Assembly: GCA_047495785.1 (NCBI GenBank)
Contig: JBLDXI010000045.1
Coordinates: forward strand, 620,001-684,000
Length of the DNA: 64,000 nucleotides
Direction of reading: 5' to 3'
From: Lepidodermella squamata
Taxonomy: Eukaryota > Animalia > Gastrotricha
The translations under genes were made by a program, and so were the position numbers. The notes beneath the pieces were generated by a model that did not search any database, was not told the origin of the DNA, and was given only the letters and a program-made list of their open reading frames with translations. The first letter of the stretch is position 1. The number at the start of each line of letters is the position of its first letter. Below are positions 1 to 12,700 of this stretch, piece by piece.

Positions 1-415
1 CCGAGCCGTTTTCCCCGCAGATTTCGGATTTATTTTAGATTCTCGGTCAGCAGATTGAGGCACATTGTGCGAGCGTTGGTCAACAAAGGCTGATAAAGCG
101 TGGAGAAGCAGCAAAAACCTATAAAAGGACTCTTGTAGCTGAGATTACTACATCTAAAAAATTTAGTTTATACCGATCAATAAGCAGCTCTAATAAGGCT
201 GTTTGGATAATCAGTTCCTCATTTTCATCATCAGTCAAGCGATACTTTTGCAACTGATCAGCAATGTTGATATCGTAGCCATTGCGATCTGGATATTTCC
301 AGGAGGTTTGATGCAGGGGCCCAACACGCGAAACAATATCAAGAATGACACTGTGAACATCTTCGATATCGGCTTTTAAAAGCTCCACTTGATATGATGC
401 AGCTGAGCCAGTCAT
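1..415 (-). CDS. CCDC157: Coiled-coil domain-containing protein 157, 5' part (exons 415-174 and 118-<1; runs off the window)
   Basis: LKADIEDVHSVILDIVSRVGP..TSWKYPDR and LLELLIDR|FLLLL resemble the CCDC157 N-terminus (LRKDLTDLQ..VFSRAGPVRFPSWKFPDR..LLELVIDRLLLLL). A 55-nt GT-AG intron at 119-173 restores the frame. Confidence 0.8.
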
Positions 416-3400
416 TTTGATCTTAGAGCCCTAACACAAGGAAAATCTTGAGAATATGAAGCACAATCAAAATGACATAAAAGCAAGAAAAAAAGTTCCA
501 AGACTCACACAAAACGCTTAGTTTAAAAACGATACGGAAAAACGAGACAATAATCACATCGTAATAGCCAGTCGCCTCCGAATAATTGATTCTTGCATGG
601 CTCGATAATGAACTAAAAAATGACTGAGAGCTTTGGGTACAATCAACAGCGCGATCAGTTCGACCGGGCGACATCGGGGACAAAGTCCATTTTCTTGGCA
701 GTCCACAATATTTGCAGTTTTTTAATTGTCACCAGAAATAAACTTTATTATTGTTATCATTTTTTATATGTATTTTATTTGATTATCGAAAAATAATTTT
801 TGCTTAGCAAACGACGCTATTGATCGATACATCGGCATCCGTTTATGTCCTTTGAAAGCCAACCAGCCATTCATGGTTCGTTAGAATAACATGCTTTTGT
901 CTTCTATCAGCTGTCACGTCGCCCCCATGCCGTGAGATGCTCCTTTACCGTTAACATAAATATTTCTTGTTTTTCACTTCATTTTGGATGTGGGACAGTA
1001 ATTGGCAATTTATGCATAATAAAGAATAGCAAGTCAGTAATCCCTATCTCGCTACATATTTGGCTGTTTGCCGCCGTTAAATATTTTTATCAACGTTTCG
1101 AGTTTCCAGTCGTTGCAATAAATGTAGTTTGAAATATTCCGCATGAGTTCTAGCTGATAGATCGTTTACTATCGATCATTTAATTTAATTTTATGTATCT
1201 AGGAATCTCAAACTCCAATCTTCCCAAACACCAAGCTCATCGAAATTAAATATCAAACCAAGAATCTTATACTTATTCTCCCTGGTGACTTAAAGATTGA
1301 CGGTCTTCTTAGTTATCTATTTTTATGATGCATTTACAGCCTGCGAATCACGTATTTGATCTGAGTTGTATGACTTAGGTGAACTGCGTGAATTAACTGT
1401 TTTAAAATGTGTGAATAGCTATAATCTAATAATGCTGAATGCTGAATGCTAATTACGCTCTATTCGCTGACCTTAAAAATGTACAATTTGCGATTTACTT
1501 TCATGAGTTATTTAGGTACTTGCAACGTCCTGCAGAACTCTAGAATTCTCCGCGTTTAGTAGAAGCATCCCGATTAAATGTAAAATTGAGCAAAGGTTTC
1601 CCCATGATAACTGAAATATCCACTCAGATCATGGAGTTTTGAGCCTGGATCATACCAAATGCAAATGCAAATGCTGCGATCTGCAAATCTCGAGACTGGG
1701 GCGGAATAGACGGAGTAGAAATTGTTTCGCCAACCGCTAATTTTATATGTTATACATTTTTTCTTTAAATTTTAAATTTCTTCGAATTAAGATTAGTCCG
1801 TGGCATAGCATGCTTCTTCATGTCGCTATCATAATAGTTGAGGTAACTTGACACAGCGACGTTCTAACAGCAGGTCTTATTTTAAATATATACCTGTGCA
1901 AATAAGAACCACTCTAAAGAAATATATTAGTTGAAATAAATAAGTCCGTGTGGCTCGCTATTGCTACAGAAATAAGCCTGTCATTTTCGATTATTTATCA
2001 GTTATTTGACCGCTGCTCTTTTCGTGCAGTTCTTAAATCATTATTAACACACACTTTTCACCTTTGTAATCCACAGATGCAAGATACGACCACGATAGTG
2101 CAAATTTTGTAGGGCGCAATAAATATTATTACTTGTCTGCACTTGGCACCGAAGGTCTGAAGTTCATTGTTTAGTAGTGGCTAAATTTGCCTGATTTGTT
2201 ATTATTTCCCCGCTCTTCATATTACTGGCAATGCCCAGCAGACAGCGGGCTAATTTGGAATTCAGAGCGGTAGGTTGCACTGACCAGCAGACTTGATCAG
2301 TTTGCGCCCACAGAAGCACAGTATTGCTGTAAATATGTTAGGACATATTCTTAGTCTTTAATGCTCGATAGCGTGGCCGCTAACACGCAAGGTGGGTGTA
2401 CGTGCATACTAGCACAACTTGAAACCGCGCCAAAGAAAATCGATTTCTACTTCTCTAGTAATTTCTCAGGTTGCTCAAATTATGTTTTCGCATGCTATCC
2501 ACTTCCGCTTGTGTCGGTAGTATTAACACGATTTGTTGACGCTTCAAATGAAGCACTTCTCAGGTAATTCATAGGGACTTCATTCATATGTCATGATCAT
2601 TACTCATCAACGGCGCTAAAAAATGCACGGCATTGCGAACTGTACTTTGTTTAATCGAAAACCATACATTTTTGTCCATGAATGGGCAAATTATTTGTTC
2701 TGACGTGAACAATGTTAGTGGTGTTAGTTTCCCTTCCCAGGATACATTGTGGTGGCTCATTAATCAGTATGCCATAAAAAACTATCGTAGCTAAATTTGA
2801 GATATATTCTGATCATATCCTAATTTAGTAAGGATGTCTTTTTATTTAGCATAAAAGTGAGACAATTATACATGGGCTCAACTGCGAAGTGCGCAGTCGT
2901 AAACAAGTGGCCGTTTGAATGCTTCGAAACTCCTTTGAGCGGCCATCGTTCTAAATACCTGAATACACTAATGCAATGCCTTTTGCCCTCGATTTCAAGT
3001 GTGATACATCGTTCTTTTATTACTTTGCCGCCTAGCGGAACTGTAAGTCGATAATAAAAAACTTATTGCCCCTTTGGTTTTTACCAGCTAAATTATGTGC
3101 GCAGTGCAATGAATGGCATTTTTCGCTAAAATAATAATAATACTTTTCACATGTAGTAAAGGTATTACTGCGCGCGGCGCCTGCTTTCAATCCGCACGGC
3201 GAATTGTATTGACTAGTTTTTGATCTTTTCTAACACTTGGCATGCCTCTAGCTCCCCTGGGTTTACCTGTTCCGACACATACACATGCAGCGCCGGTTTG
3301 CGTGGTGACGCTTTTTCATTCGGCTGCCTGCTGCCGGCGCACCCTTCATAAACGCAAAAATGTATGATTACCTATGCTGCTGCGGCGAAACATCAAAAGT

Positions 3401-3753
3401 ACTACCTGTTCTTTCACACGCAGCTACAGTGCACAAATGACACAGCGCGCAGAAATTTTATAGATTTCGCTCGCACGCGGCATTGATGCGCTGTCTCAAT
3501 AATGTGTTATTATTTTGCAAGCCGTTCAATATAAGCAAACCAACTCTTTGTGTTTTTCGTCGGGCGTCTTCGATCACATGCGAAAAAGAGTACAAGACTC
3601 ATCGTGGTAATAACTGCTAAATGCCATTGATATGCATACTTTTATAGATTTTACCACACTCAGTTACAACACAATGATAAATCGTTGTTTTCGCCACTTC
3701 GCACCTGAATGCTGTCCAGATTGAGCAGCCTTCGCCGCCAAATCAATTAGGAC

Positions 3754-6700
3754 ATGGCGTTGCAACACAGCAGCTATGAGCCATCGTCCAACTTCGGAAG
3801 TTACGGCGCTCGTTACGGAGCCGGTGGTTTCACGGGTTATGGCGGCTATGACGCCAGTTTACCGTCCACCGCCGCTTCAACAACGTCGAACGGCTTTGAA
3901 GGCTCGGGCTATAACGCCACAATGTCGTCTTTCACTAACTCGGCCTTGGTACCGCTCGACGAGCAGCAGATTTACGAGAGATTAGCCGATCAGAGTTACA
4001 AATCTAGATCGGAAATTCTCGACCACCTTCGCATCGTACTGCGCCGTAGTGCTACCGCCCTACCCTACAACAACCCGGAAATCGTGTTCGATGGCCTCGC
4101 CCTTGCGTTGACTGACTCAACTTGGGACGTTCGTCAACAAACCATCCAAGTTATTCGCGACGCGCTACCGAAATTGGGCGATCGGCTAGTACCCTGCATG
4201 ACTATAGTCATGCCTTTACTTATCAACAACATCGGCGACCGGAAAGCAACGGTCAGAAAAGGTGTGACTCAGGCCCTTCATTGTTACCTGAAGCAACCGA
4301 AAGCCGACGCTTCGTTATGTTTGAATGCCTTGATAGCGCATGGCTTCAACTCGAACGATACAGAAGTTGTACGGGAAGTTGTAGCGATCGTTCCGGTTTT
4401 ATTGACGCAAGAATTTGCGGATATGATCGATATTTCTCGGTTAATGAGCGAGCTTATGAAAAAATTGCCCGCCGAGGGTCAGCCTGTTAAGGACAGACTC
4501 GAACAACTCGCGCTAGCTGGGTTGGAAAAAATGCGAAGCGTCGTCGGTGAGGCGAGATTTCGCGATGCCCAAAGCCGATGCCCTCGAGCCCTAAGAAGGC
4601 GCTATAACATTTTGCAACCTGAAAACACCGGTATGGATGCAGACAGTGATCACGAGCCTGATGCGGTTTCATCCCGCCTTCCTGTGAGCCAAGGCAGCGT
4701 GCGTAACAGCTTCGCTACTGGTAATACTGACTCAGCGGCTCCGGTGAACAACGCGGTTCCTGTCGCGTCTTATGCGTCTGTTGTAGCGCCTTCAACCCCA
4801 GTAACACCGGTCACGGTTTCAAATGTCACCGAGTCAAAGTATTTTGGCATTATTCCAGGAGATGTTTACGCTAAGGTTTGATATTTTGACGTTTTCGATT
4901 TTATCTCTCAGTTATTGTTTTGAGGCTAAATTTTTCGCCCAATTTGTTTTGAATTCCCTCTAGATTCTAGGTTCTAATAATTTGAAAAATTAACGAGTAA
5001 TGAATTGCGGTAAAATGGGCTCGGGATGATTAATTATGCACACATTTCCAAATTGGCCAGTTTTTACAGTTCAAACCAAAAATATTTACGCTAATTGATT
5101 CAATAATTAATGAAGGGCTCGTGGCGTAAATTTTCGTCAATTTTATGAACTTTTATTTTTCCGCAGTTGATGGACGATAACCCGCGCGCGCGTCTCGAGG
5201 GCGCCGATGAGCTGAAGGCGATAATAACGCGGCTGCAATCGGGAATAGCGCTTCACTCGAGTCTTTCCGATCTACTGCGCTTTCTGTCCGATTTTCTCGA
5301 CGATGCGAATTTCAAAGTTGTAACAACAACGCTTGAAATTTTCCTCCTGCTCATCAAGACCGCCGTCGACATTCGCTCGCACGTCGGCGCCATCGTCGAC
5401 GCCGTCGGCCGGCGCATGAGCGACGCCAAGCTGCTGATCCGCCAGGGCGTCTCCAGCGTCATGCTGCAGTTGATGCGCCTCGTCAGCGCCATGCCCGTCA
5501 TCGAGCTCATCTCGGCGTATTTCCGCCACAAAAACTCACGAATGCGGCAGGAAAGCGTTAATCTCGCCATCGCGGCGCTACTCAGTTTCCCGAAGGAAGA
5601 CTTCGACTTCGAGTTTTTGTCCAACGCCGTTGTCCCGCTGCTGCTCGACTCGAAAGTTCAGGTGCGCCAGGCTGCGATAGAATGCGTCTCAGTCATCGCG
5701 CACCTGCTCAACCCGAGCGAGGTTTCGGTGCTAATGCGGGCGATTCACAAGGTCGAGGACGCGAACCCGACCGAGGGCGAAGGCCTGGCGGCGGCGGTTA
5801 AAGTTCGAGCTGCTCGCCACCAACTGCCTCATTTGAACTCGGACGGGCTGGTCGAGTACTCAGTCGCATTGCCGGGTTCGGCCAGCCAACGCGCAATGCG
5901 CCCGATGCCGGCCGGTTCGGACACTTCGCTGATTTTAGCCGCGGCAGGCGGCCACTCGGCGGCCCGGCCTTCACAATCAGTTGCCGTCTTCACGGGAGGG
6001 GAGGATTTTACGGGTCCGAGAACCCCGCTTTCTGGAAAAGCGCGTCTGCCCTGGCAATCTGCTCAACAATTTCCGCCTCAGTCTGACCAGGTAATTCAAT
6101 AATTCAAAAATGAGAAAAAAATTAAATTAGGGAAAAATGTGAAGAATTAGGTTTTCAGCATCATTATTCAGCTGATTTTTAAAAATTCTACTCAAAATTA
6201 GTCTGGCGATTTTCACATTTTGCGGATCTTGAAATTTTTCTTGAAATTTGTTTGACAATCTTTTCAAGTCATTTTAGCCGCTAGGGCTCAAATCCCGGTT
6301 TTTATGTTCTCTCGATTTATTTTTGTTCGTCTTTTTTATTGGGACGGAATTTGGGCGAAACGAGGCTCTCAAGTTTATTGCACCATTTTTCAATATACTT
6401 TTCGCCGGGCATTATTAACGCGACATCCGTTGTGTTGCTTGTCACATGACTTTGTCGCCGTTGGCTCCCTTTTTTTATACCGGCTTTTTGCCTCACCTGC
6501 GTACACGTCATAAAAATGTTCGAACTTGGCATAGGTACAGCGCACGCCGCTTGAGTTTGATTATATTCTTTCGAATCGAACTATACACACCTGTGTGTCT
6601 GCATTTCATTGTTTTACACCGGCTGCGTGCGCGCTTGCGGTCTTCTTATATTATAATTATTATTTTCTCGGCCTCGAGGCGCGTCTGTGCAGCGCGGTGC

Positions 6701-9700
6701 GATTTTTTATTAAAAATGTATTAGCTATTGTTGTTCGAGCGCACACGCTGCGCGCTTCGCTAAGCTTGCGGTGCATATGTTTCTTTAGCTTTATTATTCC
6801 GATACTACTACTATACACTAGCTCGTCTTGCGGCGCGGAAGTTTGTCAGTCCTCGAGCTGGCGCGCACGTGTGGCCATTTTGCTTGTCATTGTTGCAAAT
6901 CGAGCGATAGATTTCCTCGATCCTGTGACGGAAATAACTCACGCGATCGATGCAGACGGAAAAAACGGGAATGAGAGGGCCATAATAACCGTCATTAATA
7001 TCACTTCCGGACAAAATATTTCGTTCCTTTTATTTTTTCCACAACCTGGCAATCGCGGATGTTGTAAATATGTGAGTCACTTAACTACGAAACCCCTCGT
7101 GGCCGAAGAACCAGGCACTCTAAGTGGGCCAGTGCACGCAATTTCTCCGGCGGTATGGCTTATGAAATGATGAAAAAAAGGCACGCTGACCTTGAAGAAC
7201 TATTTCCCTGAGGCGTTGTTGTGCGGTTTGCCGCTCTGATTTCCGCCCTTGTACCTACCGACCAGGTACATTTCAATAAAAAAGTTGTAGAAACAATAAT
7301 AGAGCTGCTCATCTGTTTGATTTTTCCTATCCTAAATGGCCTTAGTGTTGCCGTACATCAGCCAAAAACAGGTAAAACTAGGCATTGATAGAAAAAAATC
7401 AAATTACAGCGGATAAGTATATGGGCTTTGTTTGTTCGAGGCGCGCGCGCTTTGATCTGCGTCACTAAATAATAATAATTATTATTTGATTCCAATCGAT
7501 TTGTTTTTATTTGCTCTTCTCCTTACTTATACTGAGATTGAATCAAGCCACCTGCCGTTTATTCATGGGGGTAGCTCTCGAAAACCTATATTTGCACTGC
7601 TATAGTACTGAATGATGAGGCTTTATTTACGCCAATAACTGTTTGTAAATAAATGCCTTGCACGGGACAATTTTCTGTCAATTTTGGATTTTCAACATGA
7701 TAACGCCGCGTTTCGGGCGTTTGTTGCCACTTTAGCAAAGTCTAGGCGCCACGTGGCCCGGACATGGGCGCTAGCTGCTCGCGGGCCCAGGCGCTGGAGC
7801 CACCGCGAGTCCCCCCACCAACGCCCATCCTTCATAGGAACAACATAGAAAACGAGATATTTGATCAGATATCCGCGCAAAATCAGGTTAATATTTACGT
7901 TTTAAGGGTCATAAGTGCGTTCGATTTTTATTACAAAATGGTCTCGCAACACCCGCGAGTTGTCGCTAATTTCATGTTATTCTCACCTCAGACGGTTCCG
8001 TTCAACAAGCGCGGAAACAACGCCTTTTTCGATGCTGATGACATTGAGGAACTTGTCCCGAATACAATTATTCACGGCAAGTTAGACCCCAAGCGCAACA
8101 AACAGCCGGAAAATGGCGGTTATTACAAGCAATACCTGGAAACGAGCAACAAACGACAGCTGGCCTTTGAGAACGGCAACAGCAACAACCATGGCAACCG
8201 GTTAAACCATCAAATGCCTGGACATATGTGTAAGTTCAAGTCGAAATCTCGCCGGAAAATCGTTCAAAAAACGAATTTTTATTAGCTTCCTCAACTGAAG
8301 TTTTAAACGCACCTCGAAGCGAAAGCCCAGCTGTTGACGTGTGGAGCTACGACGATGCTGGTAAATCAACTTTTTTTCATGATATCATAGCAAATTAATA
8401 TGCGTGATATAAATTGTAATAATGACCTTCTTGTAAATAACGTGAATCACGCTGTTTCAGCTTTTTCAAGCTGGATCAATGAACTAACAAAGAAGGCCGG
8501 GAAATCTGGTAAAGTTTGATGTTGCGAATGATGTGTAGTTCCCTTGATTGTTTGGAACCCTTGGAATGTTTGACAAATTTTGGCCTTGCAGGGAAATTAT
8601 CCAAATTAATTCGATACGGATTGGAATTTTCTCTTAAAATTCAAACTTTATTTTCCGATGTAAATGTTGCTTTTTTATTTATGATTTCCACGCAAATTTC
8701 CGAAAATATTAATATTTTTTTTAATATTACAGACCATGTTGGACGTCGCGCCCCTCCTCAGCCGAAACATCGAGCCAGCCAGGCGTTGATGCGACCAGCT
8801 CAACTAGCCATCAATCAGAACTCTTATTCGGATAAAGAGCAAATGATGTCCCAAACATTGCCGCAGCCTCAGCATTCGAAAAAAGGCCCGTTGATGGCGC
8901 CAAACGGGGCGGCAGTTGCGCCGAAACAGCTCGCCAACTCGGTTGCGTTCGAGTTGTCGGCGAAAGCTGCCCTGGACCAGCAGCAGGCGTCGGTTAACGG
9001 CTCGTCGAACCACCTTTCGCCACCAGAGCAGATGAAACAGCGAGGCAGTGCTTCGCAACGCCGAGCTCAACGCATTTTCGACCGACTGGAATCGGAAGAC
9101 AGCGGCGTGGGCTCCGGGTCTCACGGCCAGAGCGGCCCGGGTAGTAACAAATCATCGGCTGGCAAGAGCCTTGCTAATGAAATCGACGAGCTGTCGCCTA
9201 AAATGCCTCATCGCAAAGTTCCTGCGCTCGAAAAAGCTTTCTTCGTTGACTTGTAAGTTTTTCATTAGAATGACTGAAAATTTTAAAATATTTAAATTTA
9301 AATTTTGAATTTTGAATTAAATTTTTTTTTAATTAAAATTTAGTTCAGTGGAATCAAAATTGAATTTAAAATAAAATTGTGTTTTTTTCAACAATTTCGG
9401 AATTTTATAATAAATTATTAGAATCCAAAATAAATTACAACATTCATGCATGCATTTTTTTAATTTTAAAATTCTTTATTTCAGTAACGAAGATAAGCCT
9501 GTGAAAGCTCCGCCAAAGGCGCGACCAAAGCCTGTTAAAACTAGCGATTCGCCCCCTCGACTTCCCGACAATGAATCGATGATGTTCGACGACCAACCGC
9601 TGGCTTCGGATCACAACCGTCGTCAAAATAGGCAGCATCAAAATAACAGTGAGTTGGCTAAATTCTGTAAACTTACTCGAGTAATCTCAACCCCCTATGC

Positions 9701-12700
9701 ATGATCTTTAAATGTGACCTGTTTTACTGATCTATTTTTGTTAAAAAATCTCAAATTTCTTGCATGTGGCTTATTTCACCTGATACTAAAGGCATGGCTG
9801 TTATGGATGTTGAATCTGACCAACCTCCCGCTTCGAACCATGATAACAAAAACGATACCGCTGATGATAACACTGCACAAAACGGCAAGGATTTGCCCGT
9901 ACCAGTTCGACCGGGAAGACCGGAGCGAAAATCACTGCCTGGTAAATATTGGGCTCTTATATCGCAAAATCAAAACACCGCTTATTTTATATCAATTTTA
10001 ATTTCCTCTTATTTTCTTTTTTCTCATCTTTTCTTTTGTTTTCGTTTCGCCTCGTTGCGTTGCGTATCAAAGGTAATCCTCCTCCTCCGCCGTCAGACGA
10101 GCGTCAAAGTCAAAATGCAACGCTGAGCCAAAATCAAAATAATTCAAATTCGGTTAACCTGTCTGCTGACGCGTTTAGTCACCCTATTAATCAAAACAAC
10201 AACAACACCAGCAACAACAGCTCACCGGCGATAAAGCTGATATCGACAGCTAGCTTTTCTAGTAATAATAGTTCAAATTTCAATTCGCTGACTTCTCATG
10301 CAATGCAAATTCACGTTCCTCACGCCCCGCCAAACTCGCAACGTTCGAACATCCCAACTTACCAGTACCCGAACGCCAGTAATCAACTCCTTCAGATGAG
10401 CAGCAACAGTCACAATGGAGATGGTACTGAATAAATCTTATAGCTTGATTCGCATTTTTAGTCACCTATCACATTTTTCGTTGTTACGCATGACCTATCC
10501 CAAATTTTTTTGAACGATCGACCGTAAAAATTAATATTTTTCCATAATTTTTCAGCTCTAATGGAAGAAGATGGTTTGAATGGGTTTCAAAAGCCGAGGA
10601 AACAGCCGCCGCCTATCAAACAACCGGTCATCGCTTTGGGGGCGATAAACAACCGAGGCCGGGCTGGTTTCGAGGTTGGCGAACCCAACGAGCCGTTCAA
10701 CAACAGCTTCAATAACAGTATGAATGGCAACAACGGTGACGAGCCGTTCTTCACCAAGTCTTTACCGAGGCCGAAACGGCAGCAACAATCAACAGATCAA
10801 GCCGCGTTTGAACAAATGAATTCGTATCGATCTCCGAACCACGCGCCGTCAGAACCAGCCTTCCCCGGAAACGCCACTTATTCCTACCTGGCGAATCTGG
10901 AAACAGGTTCTAGCAGCGGAATCGGGTCCAACTCGCCGCCTGGCCGCACTGATAACAGTCTGATTCGAAGTGGAATGGGCTTCCCGAGCCGCGAAGATCT
11001 CAGCCGGCAATCTACGCACAGCTTGATGGCTGAGGAGCGGCTGAGAAGTGGCGACGAGCGGATGATTGAGAAGTACGAAGAGCTGAAGCGGCGCCAAAAG
11101 GCGTTTCTTCGAGCTCTTTCGGCCAACTTCGCGTCAGATGTCGTCGCCGCTGAGCATCAATCTATGAATGCGACGATGAGCTCGGGCAGTCTGAGCGCTT
11201 ATGATCACAAGTAAGTTGAAATGTTATTCGTCCTAATGATTTTTTATTGAATGAAGTTGAAAAACGTGTCACCAGTTCGAAGGAAAAATTGTCTCTGGAC
11301 AGTTAAAAAATTTTAAGGCGAAAATGAAATTCTAATGATGATTCACTCATTTTATCGAATAATTTCAGTCATAAAAAAAATTCCTTTCATTTTCGGTTGC
11401 GTGTAAGCTAGCGCGAGTCTCTCGCTTTTTGCGACCCGGCAAATTCGTAAATTTTCAAGTCAATGTCGGCGCTTTTTTGCCTCTTGTGATGACTGTCGCG
11501 TTGGATCGGCTACTGCCAACAGTTCATCGACGAGCTTGCGGCGAAAGTCCGCCGGCATTTCTCTCTTGTTTCTCGGATTTAAAGCTCGCCAAATGATGAA
11601 GGCATTGTTCATTGCAGTTTCAAAGCCCCAGTAGAAAACAGTTCGCGTCCATTTCTGACCAGGCCGAGCGAGTTGCAAAGTTAGGATTTCTGTCAACTCG
11701 CGATCTATTAGAAAGAAAACTCAAAAAATTTAAGATCCTACCGCCAAGTCCTTTAACCCACTTTCGTCCCTGCCAATCAACTCGAAGTCATAGACGTACT
11801 CGGACTCGGGCGTAGATAGCACGTTAAACTTGATGCCCCGCCTATTTTGCTGCGACTCAGTCATACACCTCCATCCAGCCAGTTGCACTTCTTCATCCAT
11901 CTTATCAAAATTCGAAAATATTAAAAACCAAAATATTTGAAAAAATAAATTGCCTTATTTTCAGGATTGTAGCAGCGCTTAAAGGCCTCGCGTAATTTTT
12001 CCAAAAAATCGTTAACCTTCGCGGCTCTATGACAGTAAAAATCTCCTTGAGGCGCGGTCGCGTTATTGTCACCCAGATGTAGATAGTGGAGAATGGCAAA
12101 AAATCGCTCGCCGCTCATAATTTTAGCGATGAAAGCTTCGAAAATAACGAAAATAAAAAGTAATTCAGACTACCTATGCGAAAAAATACCGTTGTAGCCT
12201 ATGATTGCAGACTTATCCCAGTACAATGACATGTCGTATATGACAACCAGAGTCATGGCGACTAAAATAGCGAAAAAACTGTTAAGTTCGGCCTCGTCAA
12301 TATGCATGAATTGCTGCATCCCCGGCTTCCAAACTTGCATCGAGTAAATATTAGTTTGCAAGGTAATTAGGTCAAAAACCGGGAAAAGCGATTTAAAAAT
12401 CGCCAGCCGGCCAAGCTTGCCCTCGCTATGCATAGCAGCTTTATAGGCATCGCGTACTTCTTGCGAAGGTCCTGGCCGTTCTTTCAACGCTTGGCGAGTT
12501 TTAAGCGCTTGCTCAATTTTTTTCCAACTTTCTCGCTTCTTCAACTGCAGTGCCGCATCCTCTTCTTCATCGTATTCTTCCTCGCTCGACAATTCTGTAT
12601 CCGTATCGCCGATATCATCGCGAAAATTATTGCTACTAGTTGCCGTGCAAAACATTTCTTAAAAAATCAATGCTCAAAACCGCATGAAAATAAAAAATAA

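Noticed and set aside
6304-7170. Overlapping intronic ORFs up to 191 aa
   Set aside because: No recognisable domains, several non-ATG starts, and composition typical of regulatory DNA.
7155-7265. Short ATG-initiated exon with an in-frame TGA (7209) ending at a donor, suggesting selenocysteine or readthrough
   Set aside because: No redox motif or SECIS recognised. A non-coding exon or chance is more likely.
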